This document shows positions 45,950-58,500 of a DNA stretch of 64,000 nucleotides, one piece after another. The stretch comes from Escherichia coli. Its GTDB lineage: Bacteria; Pseudomonadota; Gammaproteobacteria; Enterobacterales; Enterobacteriaceae. The notes beneath the pieces are model-generated. The model was not told the origin of the DNA, ran no database searches, and saw nothing but the letters and a program-made list of their open reading frames with translations. Where the stretch lies: the NCBI RefSeq assembly GCF_003790525.1, contig NZ_CP033635.1; one strand, 5' to 3'. The position numbers and the translations under genes are program-made. Position 1 is the stretch's first letter. Every line of letters starts with the position of its first letter.

Positions 45950-47494
45950 TTATTCCACGATGAACAGCGGCTTACCAGTCATCTCTTGCGGGATTTCCAT
46001 ACCCATCAGCGACAACATGGTCGGCGCGATGTCAGAAAGTTTGCCGCCTTCAACCGCTTTCACGTTCTTATCACCAACGTAAATCAGCGGAACTGGCAGG
46101 TTGGTGTGTGCTGTGTGCGCCTGACCCGTTGCCGGATCGCGCATCTGTTCAGCGTTACCGTGGTCAGCGGTGATCAGCAGTTGTCCACCCACGGACTCAA
46201 CCGCTTTCGCGACTTCTTCCACGCAGTGATCCAGCGCTTCAACCGCTTTAACCGCCGCTTCCATCACCCCGGTGTGACCTACCATGTCGCCGTTCGGATA
46301 GTTACAGATAATGGTGTCGTATTTGCCGCTCTTGATTGCCGCAACCAGTTTTTCGGTCAGCTCTGCGGAGCTCATTTCCGGTTGCAGATCGTAGGTAGCC
46401 ACTTTCGGTGAGTTGATCAGAATGCGATCTTCGCCTTTGAACGACTCTTCTACGCCACCGTTGAAGAAGAAAGTAACGTGGGCATATTTTTCGGTTTCGG
46501 AAATACGCAGCTGAGTTTTGTCGTTTTTCGCCATCCACTCGCCGAAGGTGTTAACCAGGGAAGCGGGTGGGTAAGCAACCGCAGTTTTGATGTCGGCAGC
46601 GTATTCGGTCAGCATCACGAAATCGACGTTAACCACTTTCTTACGCGCGAAGCCGTCAAAATCGGCATTTACGAATGCACGAGTGATTTCACGCGCGCGG
46701 TCAGCACGGAAGTTCATGAAAATCAGCGCATCGCCGTCTTCCATTGCCGCATCTGGCTGACCTTCTGCACGAATAACGGTCGCTTTCACGAACTCGTCGT
46801 TTTCGTCGCGAGCATAAGCAGCCTGCAAACCGGCAACGGCGGTATCGGCCTGGAACTCACCTTGTGCCAGAGTCAGCAGGTCATAAGCTTTTTCAACGCG
46901 ATCCCAACGGTTATCGCGGTCCATCGCGTAGTAACGACCAATGATGGACGCTACGCGGCCTTTACCCAGCGCGGCAAATTTCTCTTCGAATTTTTTCAGC
47001 GAGGATTCAGCACTGCGCGGCGGAGTGTCGCGACCGTCAAGGAATGCGTGCAGGTAGATTTTTTCTGCGCCGCGTTCAGCGGCCAGTTCTACCATCGCCA
47101 TGATGTGATCTTCGTGGCTGTGTACGCCGCCTGCGGAGAGCAGACCCATAATGTGTACTGCTTTACCTGCGTTTTTCGCTTTATCTACCGCGCCAGTCAG
47201 CACTGGATTAGCAAAGAAAGCGCGATCTTTGATTTCAACGTCCAGACGAGTCAGGTCCTGATACACGATGCGGCCGGCACCCAGGTTAACGTGACCTACT
47301 TCGGAGTTACCCATCTGACGGTCAGGCAGACCGACTTCCAGACCGGAAGCGTCGATCAGGGTATGCGGACGATTGGCCCACAGTGCATCCATTACCGGGG
47401 TTTTAGCACTAAAAATGGCGTTATCCTGCTGTTCTTCGCGATAGCCATAGCCATCCAGAATCACCAGTACCATAGGTTTTTTAGAAACCGACAT
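45950..47494 (-). CDS. gpmM: 2,3-bisphosphoglycerate-independent phosphoglycerate mutase
   Basis: 514 aa from [24 protein letters not shown]-track start 47638 is an upstream extension. Confidence 0.9.
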   Translation of the reverse strand: MSVSKKPMVLVILDGYGYREEQQDNAIFSAKTPVMDALWANRPHTLIDASGLEVGLPDRQMGNSEVGHVNLGAGRIVYQDLTRLDVEIKDRAFFANPVLTGAVDKAKNAGKAVHIMGLLSAGGVHSHEDHIMAMVELAAERGAEKIYLHAFLDGRDTPPRSAESSLKKFEEKFAALGKGRVASIIGRYYAMDRDNRWDRVEKAYDLLTLAQGEFQADTAVAGLQAAYARDENDEFVKATVIRAEGQPDAAMEDGDALIFMNFRADRAREITRAFVNADFDGFARKKVVNVDFVMLTEYAADIKTAVAYPPASLVNTFGEWMAKNDKTQLRISETEKYAHVTFFFNGGVEESFKGEDRILINSPKVATYDLQPEMSSAELTEKLVAAIKSGKYDTIICNYPNGDMVGHTGVMEAAVKAVEALDHCVEEVAKAVESVGGQLLITADHGNAEQMRDPATGQAHTAHTNLPVPLIYVGDKNVKAVEGGKLSDIAPTMLSLMGMEIPQEMTGKPLFIVE

Positions 47495-47738
47495 TGCGAC
47501 AACCTCATACTCAAGAGTCAAAATTTGCGTAATTTTACTACAGCTGAATCGATAAAATAGCCTCTGAAGATCAAAATATACGACCGCTCGCGGCAAGCCG
47601 ATGCCAGATTTGCGCTTTTTTTTCGTCGCGCCCCGCAAAATTGCATTCCAGTTAACGCGCTGGCTGTATTTGCCGCACTGCGCAGGTATACTCCTTTCCT
47701 GGTTTTTTTAATCACTACGTCGGGAGTTGTTACCCCCC

Positions 47739-48170
47739 ATGCAAGAAATTATGCAATTTGTTGGCCGTCATCCCATACTGAGTATCGCCTGGATCGCGTT
47801 ACTGGTGGCGGTTCTTGTGACTACGTTTAAGAGCCTGACCTCGAAAGTGAAGGTGATTACTCGTGGTGAAGCTACGCGTCTGATCAACAAAGAAGACGCT
47901 GTGGTTGTGGATTTACGTCAGCGTGATGACTTCCGTAAAGGCCATATCGCAGGTTCTATCAACCTGTTGCCGAGCGAAATCAAAGCCAACAATGTTGGTG
48001 AGCTTGAGAAGCACAAAGACAAACCGGTTATCGTGGTAGATGGTTCTGGCATGCAGTGCCAGGAGCCTGCAAACGCGCTGACGAAAGCTGGTTTTGCGCA
48101 AGTATTCGTGCTGAAAGAGGGCGTTGCTGGCTGGGCTGGCGAAAACTTACCTCTGGTGCGCGGCAAATAA
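47739..48170 (+). CDS. yibN: rhodanese-domain protein YibN
   Basis: 143 aa from [16 protein letters not shown]-terminal TM segment plus rhodanese domain. Confidence 0.8.
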
Positions 48171-48311
48171 TTTACCTGTCGTCTTTCATGATGCAGGCCG
48201 TTAGCTGCAATTAGGCCCCCAGCGACTTATTGTTATAAGCTTCTGGGGACACTCCATTTTGCAGCCGCCCTGCAACAAGAAATTTCAGGGTAAAAAAACA
48301 GGAGCTAAGTT

Positions 48312-48563
48312 ATGGCCAATGTTGAAATCTATACCAAAGAAACCTGCCCGTATTGCCATCGTGCGAAAGCACTGCTGAGCAGCAAGGGCGTGAGTTTTCA
48401 GGAGTTGCCGATCGATGGCAACGCCGCTAAGCGTGAAGAGATGATCAAACGCAGTGGTCGCACCACGGTTCCACAGATTTTTATTGACGCACAGCACATT
48501 GGTGGCTGTGATGACTTGTATGCATTGGATGCACGTGGTGGACTGGATCCCCTGCTGAAATAA
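48312..48563 (+). CDS. grxC: glutaredoxin 3
   Basis: 83 aa with CPYC active site. Confidence 0.92.
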
Positions 48564-48625
48564 CGTGTGAACGTTGGCATTACATTGCGCAGTATTTAAG
48601 GACAACACTTAAGGGTTTTCTACAC

Positions 48626-49093
48626 ATGTCAGAACAAAACAACACCGAAATGACTTTCCAGATCCAACGTATTTATACCAAGGATATTTCTTTCGAAGCG
48701 CCGAACGCGCCGCACGTTTTCCAGAAAGATTGGCAGCCAGAAGTTAAACTTGATCTGGATACGGCATCTTCTCAACTGGCAGATGACGTTTACGAAGTGG
48801 TACTGCGTGTTACCGTAACGGCCTCCCTGGGCGAAGAAACCGCGTTCCTGTGTGAAGTTCAGCAGGGCGGTATTTTCTCCATTGCGGGTATCGAGGGCAC
48901 CCAGATGGCACATTGCCTGGGTGCATACTGCCCGAACATTCTGTTCCCGTATGCTCGTGAGTGCATCACCAGCATGGTATCCCGCGGTACATTCCCGCAA
49001 CTGAACCTTGCGCCGGTTAACTTCGATGCGCTGTTCATGAACTATTTGCAGCAGCAGGCTGGCGAAGGTACTGAAGAACATCAGGATGCCTGA
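48626..49093 (+). CDS. secB: protein-export chaperone SecB
   Basis: 155 aa [29 protein letters not shown]. Confidence 0.95.
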
Positions 49094-50112
49094 TGAACCA
49101 ACGTAATGCTTCAATGACTGTGATCGGTGCCGGCTCGTACGGCACCGCTCTTGCCATCACCCTGGCAAGAAATGGCCACGAGGTTGTCCTCTGGGGCCAT
49201 GACCCTGAACATATCGCAACGCTTGAACGCGACCGCTGTAACGCCGCGTTTCTCCCCGATGTGCCTTTTCCCGATACGCTCCATCTTGAAAGCGATCTCG
49301 CCACTGCGCTGGCAGCCAGCCGTAATATTCTCGTTGTCGTACCCAGCCATGTCTTTGGTGAAGTGCTGCGCCAGATTAAACCGCTGATGCGTCCTGATGC
49401 GCGTCTGGTGTGGGCGACCAAAGGGCTGGAAGCAGAAACCGGACGTCTGTTACAGGACGTGGCGCGTGAGGCCTTAGGCGATCAAATTCCGTTGGCGGTT
49501 ATCTCTGGCCCAACGTTTGCGAAAGAACTGGCGGCAGGTTTACCGACGGCCATTTCGCTGGCCTCGACGGACCAGACCTTTGCCGATGACCTCCAGCAAT
49601 TGCTGCACTGTGGCAAAAGTTTCCGCGTTTACAGCAATCCGGATTTCATTGGCGTGCAGCTTGGCGGCGCGGTGAAAAACGTCATTGCCATTGGCGCGGG
49701 GATGTCCGACGGTATCGGTTTTGGTGCGAATGCGCGTACGGCGCTGATCACCCGTGGACTGGCTGAAATGTCGCGTCTTGGCGCGGCGCTGGGTGCCGAT
49801 CCTGCCACCTTTATGGGCATGGCGGGGCTGGGCGATCTGGTGCTTACCTGTACCGACAACCAGTCGCGTAACCGCCGTTTTGGCATGATGCTCGGTCAGG
49901 GCATGGATGTACAAAGCGCGCAGGAGAAAATTGGTCAGGTGGTGGAAGGCTACCGCAATACGAAAGAAGTCCGCGAACTGGCGCATCGCTTCGGCGTTGA
50001 AATGCCAATAACCGAGGAAATTTATCAAGTATTATATTGCGGAAAAAACGCGCGCGAGGCAGCATTGACTTTACTAGGTCGTGCACGCAAGGACGAGCGC
50101 AGCAGCCACTAA
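49093..50112 (+). CDS. gpsA: NAD(P)H-dependent glycerol-3-phosphate dehydrogenase
   Basis: 339 aa; [11 protein letters not shown]ossmann motif; start overlaps the secB stop (TGATG). Confidence 0.92.
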   Translation: MNQRNASMTVIGAGSYGTALAITLARNGHEVVLWGHDPEHIATLERDRCNAAFLPDVPFPDTLHLESDLATALAASRNILVVVPSHVFGEVLRQIKPLMRPDARLVWATKGLEAETGRLLQDVAREALGDQIPLAVISGPTFAKELAAGLPTAISLASTDQTFADDLQQLLHCGKSFRVYSNPDFIGVQLGGAVKNVIAIGAGMSDGIGFGANARTALITRGLAEMSRLGAALGADPATFMGMAGLGDLVLTCTDNQSRNRRFGMMLGQGMDVQSAQEKIGQVVEGYRNTKEVRELAHRFGVEMPITEEIYQVLYCGKNAREAALTLLGRARKDERSSH

Positions 50113-50191
50113 ACCCAGGGAACCTTTGTTACCACTATGACCCGGCCCGCGCAGAACGGGTCGGTCATTATCTTATCGTGTGGAGTAAGCA

Positions 50192-51013
50192 ATGTCGTGT
50201 GAAGAACTGGAAATTGTCTGGAACAATATTAAAGCTGAAGCCAGAACGCTGGCGGACTGTGAGCCAATGCTGGCCAGTTTTTACCACGCGACGCTACTCA
50301 AGCACGAAAACCTTGGCAGTGCACTGAGCTACATGCTGGCGAACAAGCTGTCATCGCCCATTATGCCGGCTATTGCTATCCGTGAAGTGGTGGAAGAAGC
50401 CTACGCCGCCGACCCGGAAATGATCGCCTCTGCGGCCTGTGATATTCAGGCGGTGCGTACCCGTGACCCGGCGGTGGATAAATACTCAACCCCGTTGCTA
50501 TACCTGAAGGGTTTTCATGCTTTGCAGGCGTATCGCATCGGCCACTGGTTGTGGAATCAGGGCCGCCGCGCACTGGCAATCTTTCTGCAAAACCAGGTTT
50601 CTGTGACGTTCCAGGTTGATATTCACCCGGCAGCAAAAATTGGTCGCGGTATCATGCTTGACCACGCCACGGGCATCGTTGTGGGTGAAACGGCGGTGAT
50701 TGAAAACGACGTGTCGATTCTGCAATCTGTGACGCTTGGCGGTACGGGTAAATCTGGTGGCGACCGTCATCCGAAAATTCGTGAAGGTGTGATGATTGGC
50801 GCGGGCGCGAAAATTCTCGGCAATATTGAAGTTGGGCGCGGCGCGAAGATTGGCGCAGGTTCCGTGGTGCTGCAACCGGTGCCGCCGCATACCACCGCCG
50901 CTGGCGTTCCGGCACGCATTGTCGGCAAGCCGGATAGCGATAAACCGTCAATGGATATGGATCAGCATTTCAACGGTATTAACCATACGTTTGAATATGG
51001 GGATGGGATCTGA
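50192..51013 (+). CDS. cysE: serine O-acetyltransferase
   Basis: 273 aa MSCEELEIVWNNIKAEARTLADCEPMLASF; hexapeptide-repeat C-terminus. Confidence 0.92.
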   Translation: MSCEELEIVWNNIKAEARTLADCEPMLASFYHATLLKHENLGSALSYMLANKLSSPIMPAIAIREVVEEAYAADPEMIASAACDIQAVRTRDPAVDKYSTPLLYLKGFHALQAYRIGHWLWNQGRRALAIFLQNQVSVTFQVDIHPAAKIGRGIMLDHATGIVVGETAVIENDVSILQSVTLGGTGKSGGDRHPKIREGVMIGAGAKILGNIEVGRGAKIGAGSVVLQPVPPHTTAAGVPARIVGKPDSDKPSMDMDQHFNGINHTFEYGDGI

Positions 51014-51027
51014 CGTCCTGTGATCGT

Positions 51028-51060
51028 GCCGGATGCGATGTAATCATCTATCCGGCCTAC
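51028..51060. repeat. REP-like palindromic element
   Basis: GCCGGATGCGATGTAATCATCTATCCGGCCTAC in the intergenic space between convergent cysE and trmL. Confidence 0.5.
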
Positions 51061-51065
51061 AGTAA

Positions 51066-51539
51066 CTAATCTCTCAACACCGCTCCCGGATACCCCAACT
51101 GCCGCCAGGCTTCATACACCACGACCGACACCGCATTGGACAGATTCATGCTGCGGCTGTCCGGCACCATTGGAATACGAATTTTTTGTTCAGCGGGCAG
51201 GGCATCAAGAATGCTCGCTGGCAGGCCGCGTGTTTCCGGGCCGAACATCAGATAATCGCCATCCTGATAGCTTACGGCGCTGTGAGCAGGCGTACCTTTC
51301 GTGGTGAGGGCAAACAGGCGCTGGGGATTTTCTGCTTCGAGGAACGCGCGATAGTCATGATGACGCGTAACGGCGGTAAACTCGTGATAGTCCAGCCCCG
51401 CGCGGCGCAGGCGCTTATCGTCCCAGGCAAATCCCATCGGTTCGATGATATGCAGACGAAAGCCGGTATTAGCGCAAAGACGGATGATGTTGCCAGTATT
51501 TGGCGGAATTTCTGGTTCGTAAAGTACGATGTTTAGCAT
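51066..51539 (-). CDS. trmL: tRNA (Cm34/Um34) 2'-O-methyltransferase
   Basis: 157 aa SpoU-family [26 protein letters not shown]. Confidence 0.85.
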   Translation of the reverse strand: MLNIVLYEPEIPPNTGNIIRLCANTGFRLHIIEPMGFAWDDKRLRRAGLDYHEFTAVTRHHDYRAFLEAENPQRLFALTTKGTPAHSAVSYQDGDYLMFGPETRGLPASILDALPAEQKIRIPMVPDSRSMNLSNAVSVVVYEAWRQLGYPGAVLRD

Positions 51540-51586
51540 ACTGCCCCCTTAGTGCGGGGGCAGGATAGCAGATATTCATCTAACCC

Positions 51587-52777
51587 TTAAGCTGCATTCC
51601 CTTTCGCCATTGGAGCCAGCGCCGCCGCCGGCGCTTTACTCAGCTCTTGCACCAGCGAATCTTGCGTAATTTCGCTAATCGATTTCGCGCCAGTCAGCGT
51701 CATCGCCACTTTCATCTCTTTTTCGATCAGATTTAGCAGGTTAGCTACACCCGCCTGGCCCGCTGTTGCCAGCGCATACAGGAAAGCACGACCCAGCAGT
51801 ACGGTGTCGGCACCGAGCGCAATCATACGCACGACATCAAGCCCGTTACGTATTCCGCTATCCGCCAGAATGGCAATATCACCTTTCACCGCATCCGCAA
51901 TAGCGGGCAATGCACGAGCGGAAGAGAGTACACCGTCCAGCTGGCGGCCACCGTGGTTAGAAACCACAATCCCATCAGCACCAAAACGTACTGCATCGCG
52001 CGCATCTTCCGGATCGAGGATCCCTTTGATCACCATCGGGCCATCCCAGAAATCGCGGATCCACTCAAGGTCTTTCCATGAGATGGACGGATCGAAGTTA
52101 TTCCCCAGCCAGCCGATGTAATCTTCCAGTCCGGTCGGTTTGCCGAGGTAAGCCGAGATATTACCTAAATCATGCGGACGACCGTTCAGGCCCACATCCC
52201 ACGCCCATTGCGGATGCGTCACCGCCTGCAAGTAGCGGCGCATTGCCGCATTTGGGCCGCTCATCCCAGAATGCGCATCACGGTAACGTGCGCCCGGTGT
52301 CGGCATATCCACGGTGAAAACCAGTGTCGAACAACCCGCTGCTTTTGCTCGCTCCAGTGCGTTACGCATAAAGCCGCGATCGCGCAGCACATAAAGCTGG
52401 AACCACATCGGACGTTTGATAGCCGGAGCCACTTCTTCAATCGGGCAAACGGAAACCGTCGAGAGAGTAAACGGAATGCCATGCGCATCCGCTGCTTTGG
52501 CAGCCTGAACTTCGCCGCGTCGCGCATACATGCCACACAAACCCACCGGAGCCAGCGCCACCGGCATCGACAATTTCTCATTAAACAGCGTCGTTTCCAG
52601 GCTTAAGTCAGACATGTTTTTCAGAATACGCTGGCGCAGCGCCACTTCTGACAAATCTTCCACGTTGCGGCGCAGCGTGTATTCAGAATATGCACCCCCA
52701 TCCATATAGTGGAACAGGAACGGCGGCAGAATGCGTTGTGCTGCGGCGCGATAATCGCTGGCTGCGGAAATAATCAT
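51587..52777 (-). CDS. lldD: FMN-dependent L-lactate dehydrogenase
   Basis: 396 aa [32 protein letters not shown]. Confidence 0.92.
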   Translation of the reverse strand: MIISAASDYRAAAQRILPPFLFHYMDGGAYSEYTLRRNVEDLSEVALRQRILKNMSDLSLETTLFNEKLSMPVALAPVGLCGMYARRGEVQAAKAADAHGIPFTLSTVSVCPIEEVAPAIKRPMWFQLYVLRDRGFMRNALERAKAAGCSTLVFTVDMPTPGARYRDAHSGMSGPNAAMRRYLQAVTHPQWAWDVGLNGRPHDLGNISAYLGKPTGLEDYIGWLGNNFDPSISWKDLEWIRDFWDGPMVIKGILDPEDARDAVRFGADGIVVSNHGGRQLDGVLSSARALPAIADAVKGDIAILADSGIRNGLDVVRMIALGADTVLLGRAFLYALATAGQAGVANLLNLIEKEMKVAMTLTGAKSISEITQDSLVQELSKAPAAALAPMAKGNAA

Positions 52778-53550
52778 GCGTTTTTCTCCCTCGAATGCTC
52801 ATTATGGTCACCAGGCAGGCGGGTAATGCGTGCATGGCGAGCTTGATCTTCATCGAATCGTTTCATGGTGGTGTGAACAAAGCTAAGGTGCGCCATCATT
52901 GCTTTACGCGCCCCGTCAGCATCACCGGCAAAAATGGCGTCAATGACTGCCTGATGTTGTTCGGTCAGCTGTGAAAAAACCGGGGGTACCAGATACATCC
53001 GCTGGCGGCTATGCTTCACGGAGGATTGCAGGACATCGAAGAAACCGCGCATGGTTTGCAGCAGCACGATGTTATGCGAGGCTTCGGCAATCGCCAGATG
53101 AAAACGAACGTCCGCTTGCGAAGCGAGGTCCGGGTCTTCGCTGAGCGTTGCTTCAAAACAAAGCTGAATCTTTTCTTTGTCGCCAGGTGTGGCGCGCATT
53201 GCCGCATGCCACGCGGTGCTGGCTTCAATGGCGTAGCGGGCTTCCAGAATATCGAAACTGTAATCCGGATCATCGGCCATCAGCGTTTTCAGCGGCTGGA
53301 CGATGTTTTGCTCCGACCATGTGTCATGACGCCAGCGAATAAACGTCCCGCCGCCACGTCGACTGAGCAGCACACCTTCGCTTACCAGTTTCGCCAGCGC
53401 CTCGCGCAGTGAATTTCTCGACACGCCGAGTTGCATCGCCAGTTGACGTTCAGCGGGCAACTTCATGCCCGCTTCCAGGTTTTTTTCATCAATCAGCGCC
53501 CGCACACGATCGGCAACCTCGTCTGACAGGCGTCTGGGTAAAACAATCAT
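52774..53550 (-). CDS. lldR: GntR-family L-lactate operon regulator
   Basis: 258 aa from [23 protein letters not shown]-track start 53565 is an upstream extension. Confidence 0.85.
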   Translation of the reverse strand: MIVLPRRLSDEVADRVRALIDEKNLEAGMKLPAERQLAMQLGVSRNSLREALAKLVSEGVLLSRRGGGTFIRWRHDTWSEQNIVQPLKTLMADDPDYSFDILEARYAIEASTAWHAAMRATPGDKEKIQLCFEATLSEDPDLASQADVRFHLAIAEASHNIVLLQTMRGFFDVLQSSVKHSRQRMYLVPPVFSQLTEQHQAVIDAIFAGDADGARKAMMAHLSFVHTTMKRFDEDQARHARITRLPGDHNEHSREKNA

Positions 53551-55205
53551 TAAGGAATCATCCACGTTAAGACATAGGCCTGAAGCGTGGTGATCACGCC
53601 CACCATACAGGTGAAGATCAGGCTGTGTTTGACAGTAAAGCGGAACAAATCAGACTCTTTGCCCACCAGGCCTACCGCCGCACAGGCGATAGCGATAGAT
53701 TGCGGGGAGATCATCTTACCGGTGACGCCACCGGTGGTATTGGCGGCAACCAACAACAGGTCAGAAACGCCAATTTGTTGTGCGGCGGTAGCCTGCAAAG
53801 CGGCAAACAAAGCATTAGATGACGTATCCGACCCGGTCAGGAATACCCCAAGCCAGCCGAGGAACGGCGAGAAGAAGGTGAATGCATGACCGGTGTGCGC
53901 CAGTGCCAGCGCCAGTGTTGATGACAAACCGGAATAGTTCGAGATAAAGGCGAATGCCAGCACCATACCGATGGAGTAGATGGGCAGAGCCAGTTCTTTC
54001 AGCGTGCTGCCGAAGGTGCTGATAGCGTCAGATGGTTTCATCTTCAGCCAGACAATCGAGAGCAGGGCAGCAAACAGAATGGCGGTACCGGTGGCAGAGA
54101 ACCAGTCAAACTTAAACACGGCGGCATACGCTGTCGCTTCGCTGACCACTGGCGGCATACGGGCAACCAGTTTATCGAGGTACGGCACCGGAATGTTGAT
54201 CACCCACTCATACAGCGCACCGCCTGAAGCGAACAGGGCTTTAAACGGCGGGATACTCCACAGCGTTACGGTGGCGGTCAGGAACAGGAACGGTGTCCAG
54301 GCGCGCAGCACCTGACCTGCCGTGTAACCTGTGTGAGCCAGCGTCATATCAACCTGTGACGCCCCTAAGTCACCGAAGCGGAATACGCGCACTGGTTGCC
54401 AGCGTTTGAGGAACAGCGTCAGGCAGAGCAGTGATACCAGCGAAGAGATAATGTCTGGCAGTTCCGGCCCAATGAAGTTAGAGCTGAGGTATTGAGCAAT
54501 GGCAAACGAACCACCTGCAACCACGACCGCAGGCCACGTCTCTTTGATACCGCGCCAACCGTCCATAATCGCCATGATCCAGAACAGCACGATAATGGTC
54601 ATAAACGGCAGCTGACGCCCCACCATCTGACCAATCTCAAAGCTGTCGATGCCTGTTACCTGCCCGGCGACCAGAATCGGAATACCCATCGCGCCAAATG
54701 CCACTGGTGCGGTGTTAACAATCAGGCACAGTCCGGCGGCGTAGAGTGGTTTAAAGCCCAGACCGACCAGCAATGCGGCGGTAATTGCTACCGGTGCGCC
54801 AAAGCCTGCGGCTCCTTCAAGGAAAGCGCCGAAACAGAAACCGACAATCAGCATTTGCAGGCGCTGGTCAGGGGTTATCGAAAGAATAGACGAGCGGATG
54901 ATGTCAAACTGCCCGGTTTTCACCGAGATCTTATAGACGAACACCGCTGCAATAATGATCCACGCGATGGGCCACAACCCGTAGAAGAAGCCATAAACCA
55001 CCGAGGCCAGCGCGTTAGCGACCGGCATTTTATAGAACAGCAAAGCCACGGCAAGGGCGATTGCCACCGTCCATGAGGCGGCGACGTATCCTTTCAGTTT
55101 GAGCTTAATCAGCGCAAAGAAGAAAAACAGGATGGGAAGCGATGCTATCAGGCTGGAAAGCCAGATATTCCCGGCGGGATCGTAGTTTTGTTGCCAGAGA
55201 TTCAT
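53550..55205 (-). CDS. lldP: L-lactate permease
   Basis: 551 aa from [22 protein letters not shown]; polytopic membrane protein. Confidence 0.88.
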
Positions 55206-55403
55206 TGCAGGTCTCCTGCAGTCCACACACGCCGTGTAATGAGTCTGTTGCTCATCTCCTTGTCACACGTTGTGTAAAAGTGGCACTGCCAATTGTGTTG
55301 TGTAGGGATAATGACAATGGATAGTTAACTAAATGTTATGCATTAGCAACATTGATGTGAGTTTTAATTGGGAAATTGTGAACCAGAGGTCAGATAAGCG
55401 AAG

Positions 55404-55420
55404 AATTGGTAGGGCCAATT
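55404..55420. promoter_or_regulatory. putative LldR/PdhR-type operator upstream of lldP
   Basis: AATTGGTAGGGCCAATT, an AATTGG...CCAATT inverted repeat typical of FadR-subfamily GntR operators, about 200 bp upstream of lldP. Confidence 0.45.
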
Positions 55421-55449
55421 CTTGGTGGAGGGAGATGTCTGGTAAAGAA

Positions 55450-55479
55450 AAGGGCAATCCTCATCAGAGAATTGCCCTT
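55450..55479 (-). terminator. putative terminator downstream of the adhesin gene
   Basis: AAGGGCAAT / ATTGCCCTT perfect 9-bp inverted repeat, 24 bp past the adhesin stop; weak T-tract. Confidence 0.45.
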
Positions 55480-55502
55480 AGTCACACTAAGTTAATGGAT
55501 CA

Positions 55503-58500
55503 TTACCACTGAATACCGGCACCGAGTGCGGCGGAGTATTCACCCTGGCTATTGGTACTACCTTGTAATTTGTAGACCCAACGACCATTGGCGCTCACCA
55601 TCGACACACCTAAAGCAACAGCCGATTCACCGTTGTAAGTACCACCACCAATAGAGGCCATGCTGGCTCCCGGCGTGTAAGCCTGCGGCAGACCGGTCAT
55701 TGCCATTGCGGAAGCGATACCACCGCTCAACTTGCTTTCGGTTTTGGACAGTTTGTTATCCATCTCAACCATGCGCTGATCGGTGTATTGCTTCGTTTCC
55801 TGCACACTTTGCTTCAGCTGCGCATAGTTCACCGCGTCGTTGTTGTTCACGCCAGCAGAAACGTTGCTGATGCGAGTCGTACCGCCATTTCCGCCACCGA
55901 GAGTGATGTTGCTGTAGTCGATAGAGCCATCAGCTTTGGTGTCGTAGCGAACGCCGCCTGCTTCAGAAGACTTCAGTTGTGAAACGTTAACCGCATCGGT
56001 GGCATTAACACCGGCAGCAACGTTGGTGATACGGCGCTGGTTGGTAGAAGAACCCACAGAGATGGTGTTTTCTTCGTTGGCCACGGAACCGGTACCCAGC
56101 GCGACGCTGTTGTCAGCGGCAGCAATGGAACCAGAACCAATTGCAACACTGTCTTTACCCTGCGCGTTGGCATCTACGCCATCGGTGTTGGTCTTGAAGT
56201 ATTTGGTGCTACCGGTGGTTACGATATCGCCAATGCCGTTTTCGATATTGGTCACGCGAGTATCCAGATTCGTCACCTGATTGTTCAGGTTAGTAATGCT
56301 CTGGGTATTCTGGGAAACCTGCGCGTCCGTTACTTTCAACTGACCCACGTTAACCGCATCGGTATCCGCTGAACCAGCCGCGACGTTGGTGATCTGACGT
56401 TGACCGTCTTCACTGCCGACAGAGAACTCACCCACAGAGTTCTGTGGTGCGTCCATGTTGTAGGCGCTGTAGTTGGTCTGCGCACCACGGGTAGTCTGAG
56501 AACCATTCCCCATTGCAATGCTGTTTGCATGGTTTGCACTTGCGTTGCTACCGATAGCAATACCATTGATCGCATCAGCCAGAACTAAAGTGTTCAGGCC
56601 GATACCAATACCCGCATTACCATTAACGATGGTTTTTGCGCCCATTGCCAGCGAGTCTTCACCGACTGCCAGTGAGTCTTCTGCCGTTGAGTTGGCGTGA
56701 TAGTACTTGGTTGGCGTAGTGGCGACCGCGCCAATAGCGTTTTGCAACTGGCGAACCGTAACGGCGTCATGGGCTTCGGAACCATCGGCTACGTTGATGA
56801 TTTGACGATATTTACCATCGTCACCGATCGACAATGCGCCAAGCAGTTCACCATCAGTTGTGTCATAACCAATCACAACACCTTCTTCCGACACGCTGGT
56901 GTCACGAGAACCTTTAACTATTAAACGGCTGGAAACGGAACTGCTACCCAGGGCGATACCCGTCTCAACTTCGCTGCGGCTGTCCTGACCAATGGCTACG
57001 CTGCTGGCTTTGGAAGCAACAGAGTTATAACCCACTGCTGTAGCGCCAACACCCTGTGCGCTGGCATCGGTGAAGGTTAAACCGGTGTCATTGGTACGCA
57101 CATAGTTAATACCTGCACCATTTTCTTCGATGTAGGTTTCACTGGTGTTACCAGCAAGCTGATTAATGACTTCGCTGTTCTGCTGGATCAGCATATTGGT
57201 GTTAAACAGCTGAGAACCGTTGATAGCATCGGTGCTGCCTTCCCCGATATTACCATCAGCGACATTAGTGATGATGCTGGCTTTGCCATCATGACTGGCG
57301 TTGTAAGCCCCTTCGCCGTTATTGGCTGTCGCATCCCACAGCAACGCGTTCTCATCAAGCGCATCCAGAGCTTCACCGACGTTGTTGTAATCGGTATTTG
57401 CAATGGTGTAAGTCGGCGCAGTGATAGTGCCGTCAGCGTTGACTTCTGCGTTACCGCCCAGCGCATCAGCGATGTACTTATTGGTGGTATAGAGTTGTGA
57501 GCCGTTAATCGCGTCGCTGCTGGTGGCAGAGATTGCACCATTTGCGACGTTAGTAATCTTACTGGCGGTGTTATCTACCCCGCGACCGGCGCTGAATGCA
57601 CCAGCACCGTCATTGGCTGTCGCATCCCAGAGCAGGGCATCACCGAGAGAATCACTAAATGAAGTGTTAATTGCGGCCAGAGCATCCCCGACGTTAGTGT
57701 AGTCAGTGCCGCCAATACTATAGGTTGGCCCGGTTAATACACCTGTATCGCTAATATCAGCACCACCACCCAGATAGGACGTGAATGAATCAGCCAAACC
57801 ATATAGTTGTGAGCCATTTATGGCGTCAGTGCTGTCAGAGGAGACTATGCCAGCTTGTACGTTGCTGATTTTGTTGGTGGCGTTAGTACCGTGTGCAGCG
57901 GTGAATGCGCCTGCGGCGTCGTCCCATTTCAGGGCGTCTTCACCGAGATTATTCACCGTATCAGTCAGGTTAGTGATATTGGTGGTGTTAGTGGCGATAT
58001 TGGTGGTGTTGGTCGCCACGTTATCGTTGGTGGTTTTCAGCTGGGAGCCGTTAACCGCGTCAGTGCTGCCAGCAGTCAGGTCGCCAGCGGTGACGTTGGT
58101 GATTTTGCTGGTGGCATCGGTGCCGTGCGCGGCGCTGAATGCGCCAGCCGCTTTGTTCCACAGCAGGGAATCATCACCAAGACTGTCAACAGCGTTAGTC
58201 AGGTTGGTGATATTGGTGGTGTTAGTGGCGATATTGGTGGTGTTGGTCGCCACGTTATCGTTGGTGGTTTTCAGCTGAGAACCGTTGACGGCGTCGGTGC
58301 TGCCAGCAGTCAGGTCGCCAGCGGTGACGTTGGTGATTTTGCTGGTGGCATCGGTGCCGTGCGCGGCGCTGAATGCGCCAGCCGCTTTGTTCCACAGCAG
58401 GGAATCATCACCGAGACTGTCAACAGCGTTAGTCAGGTTGGTGATATTGGTGGTGTTAGTGGCGATATTGGTGGTGTTGGTCGCCACGTTATCGTTGGTG

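Noticed and set aside
45527-47560. Long + strand ORFs (294 aa and 360 aa)
   Set aside because: Antisense to envC and gpmM; shadow ORFs.
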